Source: a bacterium
GTDB lineage: Bacteria > Zhuqueibacterota > Zhuqueibacteria > Residuimicrobiales > Krinioviventaceae
NCBI GenBank assembly: GCA_963693055.1
Contig: OY843751.1
Coordinates: forward strand, 3,680,001 to 3,744,000
DNA length: 64,000 nt
Reading direction: 5' to 3'
Part shown: positions 20,824 through 30,503 of the stretch, piece by piece
How positions within the stretch are numbered: position 1 is the first letter of the stretch
How the letters are laid out: every line of letters starts with the position of its first letter
Notes under the pieces: generated by a model
What the model was told of the DNA's origin: nothing
The model's input: only the letters and a program-made list of their open reading frames with translations
Databases searched by the model: none
Program-made: the position numbers and the translations under genes

Positions 20824-21404
20824 TTCAACTCCTGCACATTCTTATTTTGACGCAGTTGTTCCAAACCAGCATTTAAACGTGATTTCACTGTTCCTTTGGG
20901 AATCTCGAGAATTTTAGAAATCTCTGATATGGACAGTTCGTTTTGGTAATGTAAAATAATCGCAGCCTTTAGTTTTTGTGGTAGTTGGTTAATTTGTTCA
21001 ATTAATAAAACAAATTCCATATCATGCAAATTGTCATTGTACTCTATGTATGAATCACTAAACTTTTCAAGTATCTGATCATCATATAACAAGGTTTGTT
21101 TTCTTTGCCAGTCCAGAAATGTATTATATGCAATTTTATAAGACCAAGTTGAAAACCTGGATTTCCCATTAAATCCTTTAATATTTTGCCAAATTTTAAT
21201 AAAGGTTTCCTGTGTTAGATCTTCTGCAGTTTGCTTGTGCTTGCAAAAACTCAAAATGATTGAATAGACCTGTTTATAATTGGCCTTTATCAACTTTTCA
21301 GCTGCACTCCTATCATTCTGTTTTACAAGACAAATCAGAATTTTTTCATGAACAGGAATCAATTCATATCCGCTTTTTATTATTAAGACGTAAAAATTAT
21401 TCAA
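20820..21404 (-). CDS. ECF RNA polymerase sigma factor (true start possibly TTG at 21362)
   Basis: AEDLTQETFIKIW, FSTWSYKIAYN, region 4 EISKILEIPKGTVKSRL. Confidence 0.92.
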   Translation of the reverse strand: MNNFYVLIIKSGYELIPVHEKILICLVKQNDRSAAEKLIKANYKQVYSIILSFCKHKQTAEDLTQETFIKIWQNIKGFNGKSRFSTWSYKIAYNTFLDWQRKQTLLYDDQILEKFSDSYIEYNDNLHDMEFVLLIEQINQLPQKLKAAIILHYQNELSISEISKILEIPKGTVKSRLNAGLEQLRQNKNVQELK

Positions 21405-21411
21405 GGTGTTC
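21387..21411 (-). promoter_or_regulatory. Putative autoregulatory ECF promoter
   Basis: Minus strand GAAC-N17-CGTC directly at the 5' end of the ECF gene. Confidence 0.55.
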
Positions 21412-21511
21412 GGTTTTTAATACCCATATTATAATATTTATTTCACACAAATATTCAAATAGAAAAAACAAACATTTTTAATTCACTTCAATTTGAGCCT
21501 CAAAAAAACTA

Positions 21512-21540
21512 TTGCGTTCAACTCAAATAATGCTTATAAT
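21512..21540 (+). promoter_or_regulatory. Sigma70-type promoter for the kdsB operon
   Basis: TTGCGT-N17-TATAAT. Confidence 0.55.
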
Positions 21541-21685
21541 CATTCACATGTTTTTTGACGCAAAATGGTAAAAATGCCGCTATTAACAAAACATATATTA
21601 CTCTCTGCAAATTATCATTGAAATTATAAATTCTGTTAATATCCGATTATGATCGGAACTGAATCCTGAACGGAAAGGACCAACT

Positions 21686-22420
21686 ATGCACGTTGTTGGA
21701 ATCATCCCAGCCCGGTATGGCTCTTCCCGATTTCCCGGCAAAATCATTGCTGACATTGCGGGCAAGTCCATGATCCAAAGGGTTTACGAACAGTCTCAAA
21801 AATCAAAATTGTTAAATGATCTCTATGTTGCTGTAGATGATCAAAAAGTTATGGATGTGGTTGAAGGCTTTGGCGGTAAAGCAGTCATGACAGGCGCCCA
21901 CCACCAATCCGGAACCGATCGCATTGCCGAAGTTATGGACAAGGTTAATTGTGATATTGTGGTCAACATTCAGGGAGATCAACCCCTGTTCGACGCAAAC
22001 ATGATTGATGAAGCGGTAGCCCCCATGCTCGACAATCCTGAAATACAAATGTCCACACTTAAAGTAAAAATTGGTCAGGAAAGCTACCAGGACCCTGCGG
22101 TTGTCAAAGTTGTCACAGATCTTGACAACTTTGCATTATATTTTTCCCGGTCGCTGGTACCTTTTCCGCGCGAGGGACAGGATATAGATGTTTTTGAACA
22201 CGTGGGACTCTATGTGTATCGCAGAGATTTTATTTTAAACATAGCGAAACTATCCCCCTCTCCTCTTGAAAAAATTGAAATGCTGGAACAATTACGTGTC
22301 CTTGAAAATGGATATAAAATTTATGTCGCAGAAACAACCTGTACCAAAGAATCAGGCATGAGTGTAGATACACCGCAAGACTTGGAAGCTGTCGTAAAAA
22401 TCATCAACAATATGGAGTAA
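21686..22420 (+). CDS. kdsB: 3-deoxy-manno-octulosonate cytidylyltransferase (CMP-Kdo synthetase)
   Basis: IPARYGSSRFPGK, HQSGTDRIAE, VNIQGD, ALYFSR, LEQLRVLENG, VDTPQDL. Confidence 0.92.
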   Translation: MHVVGIIPARYGSSRFPGKIIADIAGKSMIQRVYEQSQKSKLLNDLYVAVDDQKVMDVVEGFGGKAVMTGAHHQSGTDRIAEVMDKVNCDIVVNIQGDQPLFDANMIDEAVAPMLDNPEIQMSTLKVKIGQESYQDPAVVKVVTDLDNFALYFSRSLVPFPREGQDIDVFEHVGLYVYRRDFILNIAKLSPSPLEKIEMLEQLRVLENGYKIYVAETTCTKESGMSVDTPQDLEAVVKIINNME

Positions 22421-22427
22421 TAATATT

Positions 22428-23618
22428 ATGGCTGTAAATCGATCCGTAATAGAAAACCTGTATAACAGTCTTGATCCAACAGTTAAAAATCAGGTGGAAC
22501 AAGCATTAAACAGCATTATTTCCGCAAAACAAAAAGACGGTAAAGTGGTTGTTGTTACAGGCAGCGGTCCCAATGTTCATGAAGGCATAACAACATTGAT
22601 TGCAGAGCTTATTCATAAAGGCATTATCGATGGTGTTACTACCAGTTCTGCAGTCATTGCGCATGAAATGGCAGGTGCTCTGGATCGTGTGAAACGTGTT
22701 GATGGGAAAAAGCTGGGTTTTAATCCCGCTATACTACCGCGTGGTCATATTTTTGAAGCAACAATTCTGACAGATGAATGGACATCCATCCTTGAACAGG
22801 AAATGCTGCTTGACAAAGAACTCATCAGTAAAACCCTTGCAACCGATGGTCAGACAATAATCAAAGCTGCAGGTAACATGGCTTACCCCATGGGTTTACG
22901 GACCGAGAATCTTGCCAAAGAAATCATGATTATGGCTAAAAGCAAAGGTCAATCCTTTGAAGCTGTAGCGGGTGCTGGCTCAGATCGTATGACCATGCTG
23001 GGTGCGGGATTTGAAAAAGGTGTACCGGTGCTGGTTACACTTCCGCAGCTTGTTGGCGGTGGTATGGTAGGCCTGGCAATTGGTGACTCTATATCTATAA
23101 TCGAGCGTTCAACACAAATCTCCAGAATGATGGCCAGTGCGGATGTAATTATCGAATCGGCAGTGGCATTGACTCAGGAAATCCATGACGGTCCGTTCGA
23201 AACCTATACCGGTCATGGAATCTGGGCGCACTGGGAAGGATACAAAACCTACAGTCTGGATGGAAAATCACTCATACGTATCGATACAGATCCCAATCTG
23301 CAAAAAGCCTGGGACTTTGAAAAAAATTCAAGCACCGTTCAGGAAGCAATTGATAAAGGATTGCCGAAAACCAAGCTCATGGATATCCCCTTTAGAATGG
23401 AGATGTCTGGTTTTGCAAGGCTTGAAAAAAGCATACCCGTAGTCGGAGATATTGGTGCAATCTGGCCCATTCTTGCCCTCAAGCTTGAACAAGCGCTCGG
23501 ATTTGAACTTGATTTTATATCGTACCCACAGCAGACTCCGGAAGGTCAGGAAATGCGCAACTGGATTGTTGAGAATATACAACCGCTTGATAAAAAGAAA
23601 ATGATCAAAAACAGTTAA
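22428..23618 (+). CDS. Deoxyhypusine-synthase-fold protein of unknown function
   Basis: Segments parallel DHS blocks: TGSGPNVHEGITTLIAELIHKGIIDGVTTSS, MLGAGFEKGVPVLV, GDIGAIWPILA. The canonical EAxSWGK catalytic motif is absent. Confidence 0.55.
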   Translation: MAVNRSVIENLYNSLDPTVKNQVEQALNSIISAKQKDGKVVVVTGSGPNVHEGITTLIAELIHKGIIDGVTTSSAVIAHEMAGALDRVKRVDGKKLGFNPAILPRGHIFEATILTDEWTSILEQEMLLDKELISKTLATDGQTIIKAAGNMAYPMGLRTENLAKEIMIMAKSKGQSFEAVAGAGSDRMTMLGAGFEKGVPVLVTLPQLVGGGMVGLAIGDSISIIERSTQISRMMASADVIIESAVALTQEIHDGPFETYTGHGIWAHWEGYKTYSLDGKSLIRIDTDPNLQKAWDFEKNSSTVQEAIDKGLPKTKLMDIPFRMEMSGFARLEKSIPVVGDIGAIWPILALKLEQALGFELDFISYPQQTPEGQEMRNWIVENIQPLDKKKMIKNS

Positions 23619-23687
23619 TCCGTAGTTAAGGATAATGAGGTTAAACAGAGCTTACAAGAATTATTTGATAAATTTCAGGAGATTACT

Positions 23688-25088
23688 ATGGAACCAACCA
23701 AAAATGTAAAGGACGACAAGGACCAGGTGAGTCGTCGTACCTTTATTAAAGGCGCTGCCGCGGCAACCGCTTTTACGATTGTTCCCCGTCATGTATTGGG
23801 TGGAACGGATGAACTCTCTCCCAGTGACAAATTAAATGTCGCTTGTGTAGGTATTGGTGGCATGGGTAAAAACAATACCAGACATGTTGCAACGACTGAA
23901 AATATTGTAGCACTTTGTGATATTGACAAAGCTTATGCCGCTCCGGTTTGGGAACTCTATCCCAAAGCTAAACAATATCACGATTACCGAGTAATGCTTG
24001 AAAAACAAAAAGACATTGATGCTGTTATTGTAGCGACTCCGGATCACACACACGCCTTTGTTGCGCTTGCCTGTATGGAAGAAGGCAAACATGTGTATGT
24101 TCAAAAACCCATGACGCACTCGGTTTTCGAAGCCCGCAAGCTCACCGAAGCTGCTCGTAAATACGGTGTAGCCACACAAATGGGTAACCAGGGTCATTCG
24201 AACGACGGCGCACGCATGCTCTGTGAATGGATCTGGGATGGTGCCATTGGTGACGTTCATACCGTTCACGCATGGACCAACCGTCCCGTTTGGCCGCAGG
24301 GTGTTGAAGTAGGTCGCCCTAAAGAAACTCCTCCCGTACCTGAAACATTGGACTGGGACATGTGGTTAGGACCTGCCCCATACCGTCCCTATCACCCAAC
24401 CTATCTGCCTGAATTTTGGCGCGCATGGTGGGATTTTGGTACCGGTTCTTTGGGAGATTTGGGTTGTCATATTCTTGATCCTGTTTTCTGGGCATTGAAA
24501 TTAAAATATCCGGAAAGTGTTGAAGGTAACATTTCAACCTATTGGGAAGGATTCTGGAAATATACCGAACCGAAGAATGAGACCTACCCCCGCTCTACAA
24601 TTGTACGGTACAAGTTCCCCGAACGTGAAGGCATGCCGCCAGTTAAACTGACATGGTGGGACGGTGGTTTGATGCCACCAAGACCCGATGAATTGGAAGA
24701 AGGTCGTCGTATGGGTGACGAAGACGGTGGTTTGCTAGTTATTGGTGACAAAGGCACCATTATGACCGGCTGCTATGGTAAAGGTGTTCGCTTGATCCCA
24801 GAAACAAAAATGCAGGAATACAAGAAACCTGAACCTACATTGAAAAGAGTTCCTGGTGGAGAATCTGGTCACGAAGCTGACTGGATTCAGGCTTGTAAAG
24901 GCGGAGACCCAGCTTGTTCGAACTTTGATTATTCTGGTCCCTTGACCGAGATGGTCCTTATGGGTAATCTGGCGGTACGTTTTCCGCAGAAACGCCTGTT
25001 GTGGGACGGTCCCAATATGAAAGTGACCAACGATGAAACCGCAAACGCCTATGTTCAACGCGAATATCGTGAGGGCTGGGTTCTGTAA
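23688..25088 (+). CDS. Tat-exported Gfo/Idh/MocA oxidoreductase
   Basis: SRRTFIKG; GIGGMG; ATPDHTH; HVYVQKP; GDLGCHILD. Confidence 0.9.
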   Translation: MEPTKNVKDDKDQVSRRTFIKGAAAATAFTIVPRHVLGGTDELSPSDKLNVACVGIGGMGKNNTRHVATTENIVALCDIDKAYAAPVWELYPKAKQYHDYRVMLEKQKDIDAVIVATPDHTHAFVALACMEEGKHVYVQKPMTHSVFEARKLTEAARKYGVATQMGNQGHSNDGARMLCEWIWDGAIGDVHTVHAWTNRPVWPQGVEVGRPKETPPVPETLDWDMWLGPAPYRPYHPTYLPEFWRAWWDFGTGSLGDLGCHILDPVFWALKLKYPESVEGNISTYWEGFWKYTEPKNETYPRSTIVRYKFPEREGMPPVKLTWWDGGLMPPRPDELEEGRRMGDEDGGLLVIGDKGTIMTGCYGKGVRLIPETKMQEYKKPEPTLKRVPGGESGHEADWIQACKGGDPACSNFDYSGPLTEMVLMGNLAVRFPQKRLLWDGPNMKVTNDETANAYVQREYREGWVL

Positions 25089-25100
25089 GAAAATTTTTGG

Positions 25101-25130
25101 CCCGGAAGGTTTTGCCCTTCCGGGTTTTTT
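25101..25130 (+). terminator. Intrinsic terminator
   Basis: CCCGGAAGG-loop-CCTTCCGGG followed by T6. Confidence 0.85.
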
Positions 25131-25150
25131 ATAATTTAAACCCCTCGATT

Positions 25151-25798
25151 CTAATTTAAAAAATCCGGTACGCTATCTGCTTTTGCATAGGGATATTCAG
25201 CGATCATTTTAACCTGATGATACATATCCAAACCCGATACACAAACATCATCCACTGCGTTTAATTGCAAACGGCCATCATCCAATAGTGCAGATTTTTG
25301 AACCAATATATGTTCAACCTGCCCAATGATTAATTTGGTATCATTTAAAGAAATAGGAATTTCCTGTACAAATCGCAATCCCATTTTTATCTTACTCTCT
25401 GCAACAAAAGGGGCTTTAAATTCCTCCTGCATTTCCATTTTTAAACCACAGGCCTCGAATTCTGAAACATCCGCAGCAAATTTTGCCGATGTATAATGGG
25501 CATTTTCCACAAAATCCTTATGCACATGGTTCATTGTGTATACACCGGTTTGTACAATGTTATGGTAGGTGTGGCTGAAATCTTTTAAAAGGGGTCTCTG
25601 AATAAATCCAATCAAAGGCGGATTCGCACCTATATGAACAATATTTTCAAATACTGCAAGATTGGGAATATTGTCATCAGAAATAGTACCGATCAACATA
25701 ACCGGCTTATATCCCGATAACGTATTGATGAGATTGGTACGGTAAAACCGGTCCATAGATTCAATATCTTTACCGGAGAAATATGTCAAATTTCCCAT
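25151..25798 (-). CDS. Flavin reductase-like (split-barrel) protein
   Basis: NLINTLSGYKPVMLIGT, PNLAVF, HTYHNI, SEFEACGL, APFVAES. Confidence 0.85.
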   Translation of the reverse strand: MGNLTYFSGKDIESMDRFYRTNLINTLSGYKPVMLIGTISDDNIPNLAVFENIVHIGANPPLIGFIQRPLLKDFSHTYHNIVQTGVYTMNHVHKDFVENAHYTSAKFAADVSEFEACGLKMEMQEEFKAPFVAESKIKMGLRFVQEIPISLNDTKLIIGQVEHILVQKSALLDDGRLQLNAVDDVCVSGLDMYHQVKMIAEYPYAKADSVPDFLN

Positions 25799-25814
25799 TT
25801 TTAACTCCTTTATT

Positions 25815-25913
25815 CTATCCTCTCCACTGCATTAATGGAGAATTAAAAGCTTCTTCCACCCGTCTGCGTGGCTTGTGAAAATAGATCAATCCATGCCCCT
25901 GCAACATTATGTC
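25815..25913 (-). pseudogene. 3'-end remnant of an MBL-fold hydrolase gene (diverged copy of 26779..26874)
   Basis: Translates DIMLQGHGLIYFHKPRRRVEEAFNSPLMQWRG* versus DMMLPGHGLIYFYKPRRRVEEALNSALMQWR*. Confidence 0.9.
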
Positions 25914-25962
25914 ATTCCTTCCGGGACCTGTTTTCATGAATTATAATAAATTTCCATACAAT

Positions 25963-26742
25963 CTAGAATAGCAAATTTACCTGTCCCCCATCAATCACTA
26001 TACTTTGTCCGGTAATATATCCCGCATATTGAGAACATAAAAACGCACACAATGCCCCAAATTCTTTTACTGTTCCCAAACGTTTCATTGGAGTTTTGTC
26101 AGCGTATAATTTCAAAGCCTGGTCTGTTGTTATATCAGATATTCCGCTTGCTTTTACAGCATACTTGCGAATTCTGTCAGTATCAAAAGGTCCCGGTAAA
26201 ATACTGTTTACAGTAACACCAGAAGAACTGTTTTCACGGGCCAGAGTACCCAATGCTCCTAATAATCCTGGTTTTAAACTATTGGCAAGCGTTGTACCAG
26301 GAGTAATTTCTTTGGCAGATGTTGAACTGATATTTACTATCCTTCCAAATCTCTGGTTGAGCATATCGGGCAAACAATATTGCACCATATCAATAGCCGA
26401 AAGCATTACCAATTCAAAAGCTTTTTGCCAGTCATTAGCATCTTTAGATGTAAATGCACCAGCAGAAGGGCCGTCAGCATTGGTAACAAGGATTGAAATG
26501 GGGCCCAAATATTCACGGGCTTGTTCATAAAGTCTTTTTCTATCATCAGGATCAGAAATATCAGCCTTGACAAAATAAGCGTTTCCATCGAGTTTTTCTA
26601 CTGCTTTCATTCCCCGATCAATATTACGTCCATTAATAACAACATTGACTCCCTCAGCAGCCAATGCCTGTGCACATCCAAATCCAAGTCCGTTTGTGCT
26701 AGACAGCAGAAGCGCAGTTTTACCATCCAATCCTAAATCCAT
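25963..26742 (-). CDS. SDR family oxidoreductase (atypical FabG-like)
   Basis: SSTNGLGFG, LVTNADGP, GRIVNISS, VNSILPG, YITGQSIVIDGG. Confidence 0.9.
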   Translation of the reverse strand: MDLGLDGKTALLLSSTNGLGFGCAQALAAEGVNVVINGRNIDRGMKAVEKLDGNAYFVKADISDPDDRKRLYEQAREYLGPISILVTNADGPSAGAFTSKDANDWQKAFELVMLSAIDMVQYCLPDMLNQRFGRIVNISSTSAKEITPGTTLANSLKPGLLGALGTLARENSSSGVTVNSILPGPFDTDRIRKYAVKASGISDITTDQALKLYADKTPMKRLGTVKEFGALCAFLCSQYAGYITGQSIVIDGGQVNLLF

Positions 26743-26778
26743 CTGGTCCTCTCGTTTATTTCAAATCATTAAAACTTT

Positions 26779-27495
26779 TCACCGCCACTGCATCAATGCA
26801 GAATTGAGAGCCTCTTCCACCCTTCTGCGCGGTTTATAAAAATAGATCAATCCATGTCCCGGCAGCATCATATCTGTATCCATTTTAGCAAAACGCTGCA
26901 AAGAATTCATATAAATACTACGATCAAAATCAATAGAACCGCTCCAGCCAAAATCTCCTGCCAGCAAGGTTCCTATTACGTCTCCACTGATCACAATATA
27001 TTTGCCTTCATATTTAAAAAAGAAAACCGTGCACCCCATACTGTGTCCCGGTAAATGCATTGCTTTAAAATCAACACCCATCAGATTGAATATCTCACCA
27101 TCAGATACAATTTTATCGACAGTGAACGGTGTAAAGGTTTTATGATATAAATAAGGACAACACCGCTCATCTCCGGCAGAAACAGCATCCGCAGTTTCCT
27201 GACTGGCTATAAAGGTTACACCCATCTGTTTTAACAGATAGCCCCCACCTGTATGATCCATATGTGGATGTGTTAATATACAGTAACGGATGGCTTTGGG
27301 ATCAAGGCCCCAATAACGCATATTATCAAAAATCTGTTCAAGGGTATCGCCGCAACCACTGTCCACAAGGATCAGTCCCTCGGGACGTTCAATTATATAA
27401 GTATTACAATCATTGTATGCATTTACATCTACTCCATCCCAGGTCACACCATTTAAATCTCCACCAACCTGATATAATTTCTTTAATATCTGCAT
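26779..27495 (-). CDS. MBL-fold metallo-hydrolase
   Basis: THPHMDHTGG, PGHS, SGD, LPGHG. Confidence 0.9.
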   Translation of the reverse strand: MQILKKLYQVGGDLNGVTWDGVDVNAYNDCNTYIIERPEGLILVDSGCGDTLEQIFDNMRYWGLDPKAIRYCILTHPHMDHTGGGYLLKQMGVTFIASQETADAVSAGDERCCPYLYHKTFTPFTVDKIVSDGEIFNLMGVDFKAMHLPGHSMGCTVFFFKYEGKYIVISGDVIGTLLAGDFGWSGSIDFDRSIYMNSLQRFAKMDTDMMLPGHGLIYFYKPRRRVEEALNSALMQWR

Positions 27496-27606
27496 ATTTG
27501 GCTCCTGTTATTATTTTTAGAAAATAAGAGTTTTATAGCATAGAGTCAAAGGGATTTTAAAATGGAATAGAATTCGAACCAGTAGAATGAGGGTATACTT
27601 GGCTTG

Positions 27607-27647
27607 AAAAAAAAAGGCTTTACCCGGATGAATTCCGGATAAAGCCC
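27607..27647 (-). terminator. Intrinsic terminator for the 27700..28200 gene
   Basis: GGCTTTACCCGGA/TCCGGATAAAGCC hairpin preceded by an A9 run on the plus strand. Confidence 0.75.
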
Positions 27648-27699
27648 TTAAAATATTTTCAAACAGGATATAAAAATACCTGGTCAGAATTTAGCAGTA

Positions 27700-28200
27700 T
27701 TAGTTGATAGGAGAATAACTTTCAAAAATACTACTCATTACCGGTTCATTATCATCAAACTTGTTGAGTTCAGTAAAAAGATAGGTGATATAATTGTTTT
27801 CATCATAAGTAGCAGCCCAAATTATAATTGCAACACGGGTATGTTCAATAACAGAAGTACCATAACCATACCAAATATCCATACCATTATGTTCACCTTC
27901 TTCCGCTTCACCATCAATAGCAATATCAAGACTTTCAACGGCCTGGTCAAACAAACCTTCGGTGGTGATATTTACATCTTTATATGCCATGGTCATAAAA
28001 ACGATCTCACCATTGGGATCACTTGCCATCAAACTGGGAACATCTTCATCATTATCAATCTCAACTTCCCAATTGGAGGGAATTTCGAATTGAAGATTAA
28101 ATTCATCAGCTGTATAAGTAACCCAGCTAAAAGCACCAAACAACAAACTGGCAGACAATAATATAACGCCAAGTATGGTTATTCTTGTTTTCATTTGCAA
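27700..28200 (-). CDS. Small acidic exported protein, possibly PsbP-like fold
   Basis: Signal peptide; FNLQFEIPSNWEV start and IFESY end resemble PsbP/DUF1795-like proteins. Confidence 0.55.
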   Translation of the reverse strand: MQMKTRITILGVILLSASLLFGAFSWVTYTADEFNLQFEIPSNWEVEIDNDEDVPSLMASDPNGEIVFMTMAYKDVNITTEGLFDQAVESLDIAIDGEAEEGEHNGMDIWYGYGTSVIEHTRVAIIIWAATYDENNYITYLFTELNKFDDNEPVMSSIFESYSPIN

Positions 28201-28590
28201 CTCCTTCAGTTGAATGTGTATTAGGTTAATTTATAAAATACACTGGTTCCAAGTAAAATAGGTGTTACTGCATATCAGATCTAAAAGTAGGGATTATAAT
28301 CACTTTATATTCGTATCAAAAAAGTCAATCTGTAAAGCATCAAATATAATGCCATTTGGAAAAAAAGCGAACATGTAAGAATAAAAAATAAACTTAATCA
28401 CCAAAAACAAAAAGTATGTAATTTACTGATATTACAAAACTTGAGTCAATCTACACAACACAATAAAACATCAGGAAAGCGCTATATGTTTAGGAAGTGA
28501 ATATTAAATTTGAGATATATAAAAAAGACCTGAATGAGGCAAAAACGGGACAGTTGTATGATATAAAAAGGATTTATTGGATTAAGAATT

Positions 28591-28787
28591 GTTCAAATCC
28601 ATTCGCAAAGGGCAGGTATAAAAGCCAGAGTAATAGGACAAATGTCCCGCATCAATATTACGCGATGCATGAATATACATCGCAATCAAGCCGGGCCCTG
28701 AGTTCCAATCCGTCCGTATTTGCAGACGGATTGGAGTATCGAAGGGCCGGTTATTACTCGTTCTTAAACTCTTTATTTGGGTACGCA
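28591..28787. repeat. Composite palindromic repeat, copy A (modules Y'-X-Y-Z)
   Basis: X 28631-28689 (GGACAAATGTCC; CGATGCAT..ATACATCGCAATCAA); Y 28691-28750 (CCGGGCCCTGAG..TCGAAGGGCCGG); Z 28757-28787. Confidence 0.85.
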
Positions 28788-28791
28788 ACAA

Positions 28792-30354
28792 TTATGGCTT
28801 TTTATTATTTGGATTATTTATTCGCACCTGTTTAGCATCCACATCTTCCGTTATTAGAGTGATCCATTTCACATGGGTAAAATCATTGTTCATTAAGGAA
28901 ATATCTCGAGTTTTGTCTCCTTTAACAGACAGGAATGTGGTAACAAAATCAAACGGCATACAGTCCCTTATTAAAGCATTCCGTACGTTATCAAAATGCA
29001 ATACAGATTTGCTGTAATTGCCGGGAGCAGAAACAGATTCAATTTCAAGAATAGTCACATCATCAAAAATATATCCATATCTGTAATCTGTATTCACGAG
29101 TGTGATTGCAATATCTTCCAGCTTTAAACCGGTTACATGTCTGGCATATAATCCAAACGCCGGTAAATCTCCAAACCGGGTAGCTTCAGGATACCCGTCT
29201 ATCAACTCGGGGACACTAATCTCTCTTTGGTCTTCGGTTCCCCCTCCTGCGTATTCCACTTTGATATTATCCAATATTACATTTTCTACGGAATGATCGG
29301 GGATGCCCGCAAGGAGAATGGGATAATCTGCACTGGCGACAGTTACATTACTAATAATAACGTTTTTCAAAGTACCTGGGACCGGGGTTTCCATATCACG
29401 GCCACGGTTTCCCAAACGTAGGAAAATGGGACATTGGACATCTTGCATGGAGATATTGCTGATGGTAACACCGTCAATATTGGAACCATCCACCGATTCA
29501 AGCGAAATACCGGATCTTGCCAGTCGTCCCATATCCCGTTTAAAAATCACAGAATTGCTGAATGTAATATATTTGAAATCTCCTCCGGATTCTGTACCCA
29601 GTTTAAAAGCATTGCAATTGGTAGCAAGCTGACAATTGGTAACGGTAAGGAATTCAGTGGATCGACGCTCACCAAGTGAAAAACTGGCCTTGGGCACAAT
29701 GGCATCATCCCAGGTTTCGATATGGCAGTTGGAAATCCTGACATGTTTGCACGCATCGGGATCAATACCGTCGCAATACCCGTTCAACAGGGTCACACCA
29801 TCAATATTGACATAATCCGTACCCAGCATACTGATGCAGTAATTGGGTGAATTGAGAATGGTTATATCTTTAATGATTACATCCTTGCAGCGTTTCAGAG
29901 CTATGGGCTTGGGGCCGCCGCGTTTTTTACGGTTGGCGTCAATAATCCCGCTGCCGGTAATGGCAATGTGTTGAACATCCTCGCCCCAGATCAGGGCATT
30001 GTGAAAAAAACTGGTTTCATGGTCCGAGTCGTTGGGAAAGTCCAGAGTTTCATAGGGATCAAAATCATTTTCATCGGGACTCATTAACAGCGTTGCGCCA
30101 TGATCCAGATGCAGTGCAATGTTGTCAAGGAGATGTATACTGCCCAGCAGATAGGTCCCAGATGAAAAATACACCGTTCCCCCACCGTTCTGGTTACAGG
30201 CATCTATGGCGTTTTGCACAGATGGAGTATCCTTGGTGGTACCGTCTCCCTTTGCACCATAATCCTTTACATCGTACATTTGTCCGGCAACAATAGTTGT
30301 GGAAAGTAAAAGTACCCCTATCAAAATCAAACCCGCGTTGATTTTCATAACCAA
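28792..30354 (-). CDS. Secreted GH28-like pectinase (beta-helix)
   Basis: DVKDYGAKGDG, GGGTVYF, DGIDPD, DDAIVPK, FKLGTES. Confidence 0.85.
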   Translation of the reverse strand: MVMKINAGLILIGVLLLSTTIVAGQMYDVKDYGAKGDGTTKDTPSVQNAIDACNQNGGGTVYFSSGTYLLGSIHLLDNIALHLDHGATLLMSPDENDFDPYETLDFPNDSDHETSFFHNALIWGEDVQHIAITGSGIIDANRKKRGGPKPIALKRCKDVIIKDITILNSPNYCISMLGTDYVNIDGVTLLNGYCDGIDPDACKHVRISNCHIETWDDAIVPKASFSLGERRSTEFLTVTNCQLATNCNAFKLGTESGGDFKYITFSNSVIFKRDMGRLARSGISLESVDGSNIDGVTISNISMQDVQCPIFLRLGNRGRDMETPVPGTLKNVIISNVTVASADYPILLAGIPDHSVENVILDNIKVEYAGGGTEDQREISVPELIDGYPEATRFGDLPAFGLYARHVTGLKLEDIAITLVNTDYRYGYIFDDVTILEIESVSAPGNYSKSVLHFDNVRNALIRDCMPFDFVTTFLSVKGDKTRDISLMNNDFTHVKWITLITEDVDAKQVRINNPNNKKP

Positions 30355-30503
30355 CTCCTTTTCTTTTCAGCAAGAAATGAAAATGGAATTTTGAATATCC
30401 GTTTATCCCGGATATCTGATATTATGTAGAGTTAAAAAAATTATGGTTGAAATGCAATAGAAATGTTTGGGGGGATTAAGAGAAAGCCCTTTTTAGTATC
30501 ATC

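Noticed and set aside
21642-21657. TCCGAT-N4-ATCGGA as the kdsB operator
   Set aside because: Equally explained as a member of the local palindrome family (same arms at 34272), and no regulator gene is adjacent.
25815-26874. Diversity-generating retroelement TR/VR pair
   Set aside because: Mismatches are not adenine-specific (C/T and G/C changes occur, many synonymous) and there is no reverse transcriptase in the window.
27562-27592. tRNA T-arm-like GGTTCGAAT on the minus strand
   Set aside because: The T-stem does not pair and no cloverleaf can be built.
28340-28354. Second sigma54 promoter (TGGCATTATATTTGA, minus strand)
   Set aside because: The -12 element is GA rather than GC; too weak to call without TSS data.
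28497-28835. Small ORFs over the repeat copies (also 28582..28791, 31510..31768, 34212..34427)
   Set aside because: They are translations of the palindromic repeat in inconsistent frames and strands; their mutual similarity is explained by the DNA repeat.
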